From: Azolla caroliniana
Lineage: Eukaryota; Plantae; Polypodiophyta
Direction: 5' to 3'
DNA length: 64,000 nt
NCBI GenBank assembly: GCA_043228905.1
Contig: JBHGNT010000005.1
Location: 22,134,001 to 22,198,000 of the forward strand
The notes beneath the pieces were generated by a model. That model had not been told where the DNA came from, searched no databases, and was given only the letters and a program-made list of their open reading frames with translations. Position numbers and translations under genes: made by a program. Positions 1 through 11,065 of this stretch are shown in pieces. Position 1 is the first letter of the stretch. Every line of letters starts with the position of its first letter.

Positions 1-309
1 GAGTGCGTAACAGTGTATAGAGAGAGAGAGAGGAAGAGGTCATTGCCTCTGTTGTAACCGCCGCCTATGGCGAAGATCGTGAGCACGAGGTCATTGCCTC
101 CATGAGCTCACTGTTGTAATCATTGTGATATAGTGATAGTTTGGAGTCTGTGGACTCCCGTGGTTTTTCCCTCTCAGGGTTTTCCACGTTAAACATCCTG
201 TGTACTCTTCTCTCCTTTTGTGTCGTGCATTCATTCCCCGTTTTTCTGTGTTTTGATTCTAAGCTCGGGGTTGGCCGAGCGTTGTTCATTGGAGCGTGTG
301 TTCCTGTCA
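1..309 (+). repeat. 3' part of a Copia LTR, inserted into another Copia RT
   Basis: Ends TGTCA. The motif ATAGTGATAGT..GGAGTC..ACTCCCGTGGTTTTTCC..AGGGTTTTCCACGTTAAAC matches the reverse complement of the C1 LTR (about 24505-24570). It abuts the RT motif HLDCAKRVL directly. Confidence 0.75.
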
Positions 310-890
310 CTCACTTGGATTGCGCTAAGCGAGTTCTATGATACGTGAGCAACATAATGGATTGCGGCATCCTCTACAAGACCGCGATGCCAATACGACT
401 CGAGGGGTACACAGACGCCGATTGGGCCAGCTACAAATCGGATAAAAGATCAACTTCCGGATTTGTTTTCTCCCTCGGCAGCGGAGCAATATCCTGGAGT
501 AGCAAGAAGCAGCCTACTGTTGCTCTTTCGAGTATGAAGGCAGAATACAGGGGCGCAACCGTAGCTGTCTGTGAAGCCGTATGGCTCAAGAGGATTTTGA
601 ACGATCTGGGCGTACCCATCAAGGATCCGACTTCCCTTTACTGCGACAACATGAGCAATATCTATCTGGCTCGGAACTCGGTGTTCCACGCGCGGACAAA
701 GCACATTGAAGTGCACTATCACTTCATCTGAGAGCGCGTTCTGGCTGGCGATGTCGACCTACAACACATTAGCACCAATCTTCAAACGGCCAACATCTTC
801 ACCAAAGCCTTAGGAGCCGACAAGCTATGGCAATTCATGACTGATCTCAGATTGACGATCCCTGACCTGCCAAGCTTGAGGGGGAGTACT
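310..890 (+). pseudogene. Ty1/Copia RT C-terminus and RNase H, with in-frame stops
   Basis: ORF 345-731 contains GYTDADWA, RSTSGFVF, ISWSSKKQPTVALSS, LYCDN and [14 protein letters not shown]; stops lie on both sides. Confidence 0.95.
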
Positions 891-1171
891 GAAGACACTA
901 CGCAATAACGCGTGGATTCCACAACCACGCAACGAAGCAGAGAAGAGCCGATCTACCGTGCAAAGCCTCGAAGAAGCCGAAGTACAGACTTCGCAACTAT
1001 GCACGCAAGCCGAAGCACAGACTTCGTAACTACGCACAACGCAAGTTGGAGCACGGATTCCGCAACTCTGCATAAAGTGAGCCGACGTGAGTCGACGCGG
1101 ACTCTGGAACGCGAGTTGAAGTGGATTTCGGATACCGTTTGAAACCGACCCGACTTGAGTTTGAGGGGGCA

Positions 1172-1558
1172 TGTTGAAAATCAAGCTCAACTTGGTCTAG
1201 TGTGTGAATTCACCTTGAGAGTGAAGAGACACTCCAATGGTCAAGAGTCACCATTATGTCACCACTTTGTATTCTAGCATTTAGTATGAGTCATACAATC
1301 ATATTCTATGACACATAACTTATGAGCTTTCACATTCCCCATGCTCCATGAGGCTTGTAGTTAATGAAGAGAGAGGGTGACTACATAAAGCACCCTCCTC
1401 CCACCTTGTATAGTGTTGAGTCTTTCTCCTTGGTCAATATACTTTTACCTTGCGTATTCTCTGTGTTTCACTCACTCTCTCTCTCTCTCTCTCTCTTACA
1501 CACACACATAACTCACATCTCTTCTGCTTCACAAGAATCCATCTCTTGATTCTTTAAA
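1172..1558 (+). repeat. Copia 3' LTR, same family as the E8 LTRs
   Basis: PPT TTGAGGGGGC at 1161-1170, start TGTTGAAAATCAAGCTC, collinear with 57830-58209 and 61748-62171. Confidence 0.9.
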
Positions 1559-1569
1559 GTATTACATCT

Positions 1570-3081
1570 AGGATCCCTTTGCTCATGTTCCTCTTCTTTG
1601 GGAACGGTTGTCGGTGTTGTTTACCGAATTGGTAGGCTTCGCATACACCTGTAACCTCCTTCTCAGTAAAGGCTGGGAGTCCAATGATGACTCCTTTTGA
1701 CTACATTCCTTGGAGCTTCTGGAGATTAATGTGGCCGATTCTTCTGTGCCATAGCTCTATGTTGGCGTTGGCTTTATGGACCTTGGCAAACATTGTCGAT
1801 TTTATCTCGTGAGAGTCGAGGATGAAAAATCGGCCTTTTCTTCTTCCTCAAGCGATAATTCAGCCTTCTGTTTCGATGAAGCATCCTCGGTTGTTGAACC
1901 GAACTTGCATGCCTTGTTGCACAATCTGGCCTACCAAGTCCAGATTCTTCGTTATTGTTGGAACATGCAAGATGTTCTTGATGTAAGTTTGGTTGCCCTC
2001 TTCTCCGTATGGCACATTACCGACATGTTGAATGGGGTGACTTCTGTCTGTCATCCCCTATTTCCACATAGTCAGGTTATTTGGGCTTTCGTAGTTCTCG
2101 AAACCAATATTTATGAGACGTCATGTGATTGGATGCACCTGAATTGACAAACCATACATCTTCTGAGTTGGAGGTGTTGGTTCGGTTGGAGGTTGACATT
2201 GAGTTCGCTTTGTTCCTCATTACAAAAATTCCACCATGATCATCGTAGTCAAAGTTGGAGGTGAAGTTGGTAAGTTGTCGGTTTGCGAAGGCCAACTCAT
2301 TTTTCTTCTTCCGACACCTTGCCTCATAGTGACCAAATTTTCCACAATATCCGCACTAGACGGAGTTGTTTTGTCCGCTAGGTTTGGCATGATTGCTCCC
2401 CCTTCTACCAGATGCTCCGCCTCGTGCGTTTGAAACATCTTGCTAGTAGTAGAAGTTGTATTCTCGGGGTTGTTCTTGGTTGTGTCGGCCTTGGCGAAAT
2501 CGGCCTCTTCTTCCACGACCTTGCCCCCTTCCTCCATCCAAGTTCGAATAGAGCATGTGTCCTTGCACATTGTTCCTCGTTCAGTCGTGATTTTCTTCGA
2601 CCAATAGCATAAACTAGAGATCGAAGGAGGAAGGAGGATTCTCCCTTGCAAGGATGACCGACCTTATTGCACCGAACCAGGGTGCTAGGCTGCCGAGGCA
2701 TATCTGCACCATTTCATCATCCTCAATGTTGACATTGATCAACCCAAGGGAGTCACACAACTCCTTGATCTTGAAGAGAGAACATGATGACAGTATACAT
2801 AAAACAAGAAAAATTGTATTCACATGGAGCAAGAATGAACCAACTATTACAAAGAGAAGGAGAAGGTGCTTATGTAGTCACCTTCTCTCTAAGTTCTCTC
2901 ACTAGAACCACCTCTTGGAAAAGAGGTGGAGCCTTAACTATTTATGAAATATGAAATATGTTTCATAGGACTTAAAGTTTTATGACACACTAGTTACTAT
3001 AAACTAGGAGGTGGGGTTTTCACACACTTGAGATACTAAGATGTATTCCCACACTAGGGAAGTTGAGTTTGATTCTCAACA
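1570..3081 (-). mobile_element. Degenerate Copia fragment (partial 5' LTR, gag, protease, GAG-pre-integrase)
   Basis: Minus strand starts TGTTGAGAATCAAACTCAAC at 3081, like 56189. Broken ORFs give KIKELCDSLG, VWFVNSGASNHMT and LHVPTITKNL. A deletion joins the LTR to gag near 2780. Confidence 0.85.
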
Positions 3082-3252
3082 ATTTTCTATCTTGGAACTA
3101 CACGGTTTGACCTTTGTTAATGTGGAGGTACAAGGTTCGAATCTTGTCCTGTGCAGATAACATATGTTTCAACATTTTCTTCTATTTCTTCATACTTATT
3201 TATTTGGGTATTCCATATGTTTTCCATGGTGTGTACGAAGTACACTACGACA
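3082..3252 (-). repeat. E0 3' LTR, cut off by the Copia insertion at 3081
   Basis: Follows PPT GAGGGGGTGAG on the minus strand and aligns to about 47603-47773. Confidence 0.85.
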
Positions 3253-3299
3253 CTCACCCCCTCCGAACCTGCACATCCTCTGGTATGTGCCGAAGTTGT

Positions 3300-4765
3300 G
3301 GGAACTTCGTTATTCTCATTCATCCGTAGTGCCATCTGCTTCTCCCATTAAGTTGATCATTAATTCCAGCCCTCTTTCTTCATTTTCCCCATTTCCGTGA
3401 TCTATGCTCGTGTGTTCCTCTATGTCAGTGTTGTCTAAAGTTACGTAGGGTTTGACGCCACTTCGCTTCTTGAAAATCTTCACCTGTGTCCCCACTATAC
3501 GCACCGACAGTACTATTTCATCTGGCTCACTTAGTCGGTAAGTTCTGTTGTTGAATACTTTTCAAACCTCATATGGTCCAACCCACCTTCGAGTGAATTT
3601 CTGTATCAAGCTATGTTGATGATCCAAGCTGTTGTCGTAGACTATCACCTAATCCCCTTCTTCGATCTTCCGTGGTCATAGTCGATGTTTTTTGTCAAAT
3701 CGATGTTTAGTGCGGAATCAAGCTTCCCGCTATCATCGTACCACTTCCGCAATGTCTTCTGGTCTTCCTTTTAGCTATCGTATCCAGGCCGCTAGTAGTT
3801 CTTCCTGACTCATCTCTTCCTTCCATGGTAACACCGTCCAATGCATGTTGCAATTGCAGTTTTCGTAGGCATTACCGGAGTTTTCCTATTCATAAGTTTT
3901 GTTGGCATGTAACCGATCACGGAACTGTGTTGTGCGATCCGCCCATAGTGCATACGGAAGCATCTGCGGCCAAAGCTTCACCCTTCCGTCACATCCTTTT
4001 GCCAATGCTTTTACGATTGGACTATGTCCTAGCTCGATCTTCCCATTGGCTTCTGGATTGTATGTCGTGGGTAGTGTCAACAGTACTCCGTGTTTGGCGA
4101 AGAGTTCCTTACCTTCATCAAAGTTAAGTTCACCCTGATCCGCAATCACCTAACCTACGCATCCGTACTTTCATAACACTTCTTCCAAGAGAAATTGGCA
4201 TACTGCAGAACTTGTTTTCTCCGTAGCGCCCGACCTTCTACTTGGTTCATCATATTCTCCCGAGCTAGCACCAAGAAATTCTTTTGTCTGATCCCAGTGG
4301 GCATTGCCATGATATTGACCATCCATTTGAAGTTGATTGTCGGTGATAATGTCGGATATAGTTCTTCCCGGTGTTGAACTCCGGAGTTGATTTGACATTT
4401 CCTGCAGCTTTCTGTGAACTCCGCTACGTCCTTGTACATATTCTTCCACCAATATTTTAACTTGATCTTTGCAAATGTCGTCCACGTACCCCGATGTTCA
4501 GCCCAATCGGATTCATGAAATTTGGATATTATCTGTTTCAGATGTTGTTCCTTTGTGCCAACTACCCGTAGTGGTATACCATTTGGTCTTTTTGGCTCCC
4601 TCTAGATTAATCCATTGTTTAGGAAAAACTTCTGGACTTGTCACTTCTTCTTCTGAATCGTGGCTCTCTTTTATTTATTATTCGATGATTCCTCAATCTC
4701 TTGTAGTGTTCTCCTGATCAACAAGATTTCTCCTTCATATTCATCTTCCTAAAATTCATCTCCTT
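3300..4765 (-). pseudogene. E0 Gypsy integrase (degenerate)
   Basis: Fragments YNPEANGKIELGHSPIVKAL, LPYALWADRTT and MMNQVEGRAL, with many frameshifts and stops. Confidence 0.9.
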
Positions 4766-5399
4766 CATACAATGAGGTGTGAGTAAAGGTTTTTGAGCCT
4801 TACACCTCCAAGATAGGAAGCAATAGACATACCATTAGACTACGTTGTTTCATTTGAAACTTAATTTTGTTCATTGTACATTTCACACAAAATTGTTTGT
4901 AGATGAGAGCTTAGATAAGGTACATGGTCATCATGCATCACATGTGATGCATGAGCGCCAAATGGCGATCATGCATCGCATGCATCTCATGCATTGTATG
5001 TATGTACTACACCCTCACATGCACATATGCATGGGGGCATTTATATAAGAAGGAGAGAAAGAGAAAGAAATGGGGGGAATGTATGCAATCAATAATAATT
5101 AATAAGTTCTAGTTATCTCATTTGCAAAGTGTCTTCTATCTCAATTTCGAAGTCAAAGGTTCAAACTGGGAATAGGAATTCCCACCTGTATCTATCTATC
5201 AATTTATCTTTAATACTTCTCGCTTGCGCTAGTCCTTCCGCCGTTTCGTTGCTTGCACTAGTCCTTCCGCGGTTCCGTGATCTTGAACGATCCCATCATC
5301 AATCCTCCATAACCACTAGCAGATAGAGGCCCAGTGCTTGTCCGCACTTGTGACGCGCACATCCCGACGTTTGACACGTGTGTCCCGCGCCACACGACA
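4766..5399 (+). repeat. E1 5' LTR (truncated)
   Basis: Near-identical to about 44427-45031; ends CGACA. Confidence 0.9.
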
Positions 5400-5405
5400 T
5401 CTATT

Positions 5406-5422
5406 TGGTGAACCCGATGTGA
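5406..5422 (+). promoter_or_regulatory. Primer-binding site, tRNA-Trp
   Basis: TGGTGAACCCGAYGTGA is complementary to the plant tRNA-Trp 3' end (..TCACGTCGGGTTCACCA). The same PBS occurs at 11840-11856, 14323-14339, 19788-19804(-) and 31903-31919(-). Confidence 0.85.
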
Positions 5423-6699
5423 CAAACACAAGGTGGTAATAGAGGCATCACGAATGATGGATGCAGTCTTGGATGCTTATGACTTAGAAGAGTCTATAAG
5501 AAGAGAAGGTGGGCCGAGACTGATAATGCTTCCATTTATAAGGAAGGCCATTGAAACGATGTTGTAGGATGATAAGGATAGAGCGATGGATTATCTCAAG
5601 TTGGCAAGGCAAGTTGAAAGATTATATCTAGAAGTTCCAGATTGGTATGGCGCAGTTATGAAATCCAGATTCGGACCTCAACCTTTTCGTGGGCTTCTCA
5701 ACAATGATGAAGATGAAGATGATCGAGATATTCGTGATTACTGTCATGAAGAGACATTCAACAAAGAATGTGGGCTTGTAAGAAAAGATCAAGATATTCA
5801 AGGATGCGGTTGTGAAGAGAGACGCTATCGTGAAGAAAACCGGCCATAGGTGGAATCGAAGAAAAAGGCGCATGAACCGGCTCTTACACGGGTGGACGCG
5901 AGGATTGATATATTGTACATAATTCGTAATTAGGGCGACTGGTGTAAATACTAGATAGTGCACATTTATTAGGGGATTTTGTGCGTATCTCTATCGACAG
6001 GGACAAGGAATAAAGCAGTTGGCTAAGGAAAAGGGGGCATCCCTTTTGGGGAACTATTTAAGGAGGGAGAGAAGGAAGGAAAGATATCGCGCGTTAAGGT
6101 GGACGAAGTGCTGTAGGACCAAGAGCCGAACTGTCTCTCCTCCTCCGACCGTCATTATCTGTGGGTGTCAGGAGTTCGCTGCCTCTACTTCATGGACAGC
6201 CTGTGTGCTTCCAGCAGAGGCTCTCCCTTCTACGTTTTCGGGGTCTAGTGTGTTCCGTCTGTGTGTGTGAGTAGGGTCCCTGTGGCGGGTCCATCGCCGG
6301 CTCGCCGGGTGTAACCGTCAGAGTTTGTAATCTCTTGATATTGTAATCGACTGTTATTGTAATTAAGGGTTCCGTCCGTTCTCATCCTCTCGCTTCCGTG
6401 TATATGCAAATCTGTGTGTGTGTGTGTGTGTGCTTGCATCTCTCTCTCTCTCGCTCCTTGGTTCAAGGCCCCCGTGGTCCCGCCTCTTTCTCCACGCACG
6501 CGCGTAACAATGCGACAACGTGACGAAGAACATGGGCTTGACAAGAGACATGGATATGTTCACAGTGATCGTGAAGAGGCATTCAATGAAGAAGAAGGTT
6601 TCGAAGAGAGAGATCGAGATTGACATGCCTATGGTCGTTACGAGGATCATTGAAAACTCGACAAAGGAGAAACATGTGACAAAGAACGCGATCTTGAAG

Positions 6700-8532
6700 T
6701 ACGGGTTTGACGACTCGCTTCGGCTGTCGAGGCGGGACTTCATGGCGTGGGTGGAAAGCCCCAGAAAGGGGAGGAACACATCGGCGCTCCTCTAGGAGTT
6801 CGAAAAATGGTTCGCGCAGCTGTCGACGCTGGACCGGACCGTGCTCGAAACGAGTCGAGTACTACTGTTTGTCAAGTCGGTGGATGCGCTCGACAGGGGA
6901 AAGGTAGGTCCCCTATTGGAGATGGACGAAGGGCTCACGACAAACTAGGCTATGGTAAAACGGGTCTGCAGCCGTTTCGATAAACAGTGCGATTGGAGCG
7001 ACGGAAGCTCGTCGGGGTCAGGGTCGGTCCCGGGGAGGAGGCCCGAGGAGCCAGTATCGGTGCCGGCCGGAAGGAAGGAAGAGACCAGAATATGGCCAGA
7101 GTCGAGGTCGGCATGGAACGACGTGGTCAGAGGCCCATCCGGAGGAGCTGACACAGATGGTGCGCGACCTGCAGATCGCACATGCCCGGAGAGACAGTGG
7201 TGAACAACCTCGTGACCGGAGGCCGCCGGCTGGGCAGCGGTGCATGTGGTGTGACGTGATCGGTCACATTCGGAAGGATTGCGTGGATTTTGCCGACGAT
7301 TGCGTGGATTTTGCCGACGCACTCAGGACCAACGTGGTGTACCTCTAGAACGGGTGGGTGCACGCAAGCGAGATTGGGAGAGTCCTAGAACTGAATACGG
7401 GGCGTGGCGGAATGAAGAGGTTGATGGAAGAGGCCGTGGCACGACACGTCGAAGCCGTTAACTACTTAGTGTCGGCGGGAATTCGGGTCGGGGGTGATGA
7501 GACCCGGAAGGCGAAGGACTCTGGATTCTGGTCGCTAGTGCTAGAAGGCCTCTCCGGAGTTCGGTGAAGAAGGAAGAGGCGGACCATGCGGAACAATGGG
7601 TCCAAGAGGTCACCGGTTGGGACGATCCTGTCGAAGAGAAAACGGGCTTCGTAGAAGCCGCTTGCCAGAACTACGAGGTTCTGGTGGAGGACAAACGGGT
7701 AGGAAAGGCCGGAGGGGTCGGTCCCCCGCAGAGGTATGAGACCCGGTTCAGACCGAAATCGACCGGTGCCGACAACCCAGGCATGCTGGACGGAAAGAAG
7801 CAAGCGGGGTTTCGGTTGAGCACCGAAATCGAAAGGACCATAGACCTACGAAAGGTCCTGGAGGAACGTATCCTTGACAACAAAGTGGAGTTATCATTGC
7901 GGGAGGTGCTGGGAATCGCCAAGAGGGAGTTCCACGACTCTATCGTAGACTTGGTGAAGCGGAAGAGGCTCTCGACGGAGCCGGAACCGGAGAAGCCGGT
8001 GGAGGTGCGGACCACGCACTTGGAAGACGAAGCCCTAGAAGACGAGTTGGTGGGAAGCCACTACACAAAGCCGCATTGGGCCAAGGCAACTACGGAAACC
8101 CCTCTACGGATCGGCAACGTTCTGGAACTGGTGGTGGCGTTGGTAGACCATGGATCCGAAATCAACCTGATGTCCATGGATTTCTACAAGAAGGGTAAAG
8201 GGCCGATCAACACCAAGCACATCTGGAAGATACGGGCAGTGACGCGCGCCACGGAAGAACTACATGGGGCCTGTCTGAACGTACGGGTGAAAATCGGCGA
8301 TGTCGAGATTGACCAGCACTTCTTCATGCAGGAGACATCCTCGCATCTGGTTATACTAGGAGAGCCATATATCACGGCGGCACGGATGGAGACCAAGGTG
8401 CTGGACAACGGTTTAGCCTATGCAAGAGTCAAGAGCCAGGACGGGCGTCACTCGGTCCAGTTCCTAACGGTGCAACCAAACCACGAGCTTAACCGCGAGG
8501 CCCTCGGCGGCGAAACCCGAGGGGATTTTTAG
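6700..8532 (+). pseudogene. E2 gag-protease (5'-truncated, broken)
   Basis: Zn-knuckle CMWCDVIGHIRKDC; ORF 7564-8532 has the protease motif ALVDHGSEINLM. Confidence 0.9.
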
Positions 8533-9142
8533 AGAGGGCTATCAAGGCGTGGGGCCGCGATAGTATAGACACCCGGGAAGAACCCCACAAATGTACAGTA
8601 CGGAAGAAGACTTGTACCATAGGTAGGAAATTTTGGATCTCCGAAAACGGAGGTTGTACTATAACCGGCGTCAGCGGCCGGGAGAGGAAGCGAGCGGAGG
8701 AGCGGCTCAGGGGATGCGGAGTCCTCTTCCCCGACGAAGACATCAGCGGTGCCGTGGAGGCGGTCTCTTTTGACGAGACCTTGGGCGAACTTCGAAAGGT
8801 GATCGGTGAAGACCTTAGAGAAGACCGGACCGTTCCAGTAGGGTCAATGGGAATGTACGAAGTCATCGCGGACTTCGGGGAAAGGATCGGGTCGGATCGG
8901 ACGACCTGCGTGGATACAAAGTACAAGACTGTGGATCGGAAGGTGAGGCCAGTCGCGGCACCCTTGCCGGAGGGCAGCGAGGAGCGGATAAAAGGGGTCG
9001 CATCGAACCCAAGTTTACGGAATCCGGCTGGCATAGGGCACCGGTTCACCGACATAACGCTACGGGAGCTCAAGGTCGGTGGGGGCGGCTTTCTACTGCC
9101 GGCGGAGGAGGACCGGTTTCGGAGAATGCTCGGGAGGCACGG
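8523..9142 (+). pseudogene. E2 pol N-terminal part, interrupted by E3
   Basis: TKYKTVDRKVRPVA..RMLGRHG continues as KAFAF after 32865. Confidence 0.9.
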
Positions 9143-9805
9143 TGTCGCGTAGTTAAGCGCGCGCGTGGAGAAACGAGGCGGGACCACCGGGGTCTTGAAC
9201 CGAAGAGCAGGTGATAGGGGGGGAAAGAGAAGGAGAGAGACGACCGGTTACGTATGAGCAAAGAAACACAGGGACACGGCCCGTCAACGCAGAAAACACG
9301 AATGGACACAGAGACAGAGAGACACGAATGTTTGTATATTAACAGATGACACCAAAAACAACAGAGCACGCGAGCGGTTACAACCGCACAGGCCGGCGAA
9401 CAGATGCCGATGCCTGTTCGTTTGCGCACAAAAGGGGATAGGATGGAGGTGCTGCCGGAAGCAAATGGGCGTTCCTCGAAGCAGCGCGAGCCTCCTGAAA
9501 ACCTGCAGAGAAGAGCAATAGAGAACAAACAGAGGAGAAGCGTTCGGTTACGGTCCGACAGCAGTTCATCCTCCTCAATGCGCGATCCCCTTTCTCCCCG
9601 CGTCTCTTTCTCTTTTATAGCTTCAAGAAGGGAGCCGTTTTTCTCATTAACTTCCTACCGACCGAATCTAACTACCTGCGATCTACCTTTGTACCCAATC
9701 CTCTATTATATACATTAAAGGGTGTACACGCGTGAAGAGCCGGTTCATGCGCGCCATACACCGATTGTGCCAAGGGACGGTTTTCTTCACGACATCTGCC
9801 CCCAC

Positions 9806-11065
9806 CTAACCGCGCATCCACCGGTATGCGCCAAAATTGGGTTCGAGTTCCGGTCCGAGTTCCGGTACTTCGTCCATCGGTTCGTCCATCAGTTCGTCCT
9901 CTGTCTCAGACTGTTCGTCGTCGTTGTCCAAGCCTCTTAGATCCGGCTCGCCGTCGTGGCGCTTCTTGAACGCTTTGATCCGCTTCCCCGCCACCGGTAT
10001 CGCCATCCTCGTACCGTCGAGTTCCGCCAGGTGATACGTCCCGTTATCGTTGGCGCTCGTTACCACGTAAGGCCCGAACCACCGCTTTGCAAACTTCCGT
10101 GTTGCCCAGTGCTGGTTGTCGAGGCTGCTGTTGTAGACTAGCACCCAGTCGCCTTCCTCGATTTTCTTTGGTCGGAGCCGGTGCGTTCGATCGAACCGGG
10201 CTTTGTTCCTCATCCTCGCCGTCCAAAGTCTCTCTACCGCTCGTTCCACGTCCTCTGGCCTCCGCTCGAACTGCCGTATACGTGCCACTAGCAGTTCTTC
10301 CCGGCTCATCTCGTCTCTCCAGTCCACTGTCGCCCAAGAGGAGATCGTCCGTTCCATCGGCATGATTGGCTTCTGTCCAAACATGAGCTCTAACGGCATG
10401 AACCCGGTTACCGAACTGTGTGTTGTCCTGTCCGCCCACAAGGCATAAGGTAACAGTCGTGGCCAGTTCCCGACCTGGCCTCCGCACGCCCGAACTAACG
10501 CTTTGATGATCGGTCCGTGTCCGTGCTCCACCTTCCCGTTCGCCTCCAGATTGTACGCTGTGGTGAGCGAGAGCTTGACCCCTAACCGGTCGAACAACTC
10601 CTCGGCCTCTTCGGCGTCCAACTCCCCGCGGTCAGCCACGATCTTCCCGACGCACCTGTACCGGCATATCACGACCTCGATCAGGAACCGACACACGGCC
10701 GCGGTCGTTTTGTTCTACAGGGCTCGGCCTTCCACCTGGTTCGTCAGGTCCTCCCGGGCCAGCACTAGATATCGCATCTGCCCTACGCCCATCGGCATCG
10801 TCACCAAATTTACCATCCATTTGAAGAGGATGGCCGGAGGGTATGTAGGGTGAAGCTCGTCCCGATGTCGGACTATGGAGTGTATCTGACAGCTCTCACA
10901 AGTCGTCACGAACCGATGCACGTCCCGGTACAGTCCTGGCCACCAGTACTTCCCCTTTAGTTTCTCGAACGTGGCCCACGTTCCATGGTGTCCAGCCCAA
11001 GGGCTGTCGTGGTAGGCCTTCAGTAACTCCTCCTGTTCCTCCTTCAGCGCCACTACTCGGAGCGG
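9806..11065 (-). pseudogene. E3 integrase
   Basis: HHCC region (HDSPWAGH..CESCQ), KIVADRGE, GKVEHGHGPI and GPY module; one internal stop. Confidence 0.93.

Noticed and set aside
1209-1261. A-box-like TGACATAATGG (minus strand) in the Copia LTR
   Set aside because: No B-box at the expected distance.
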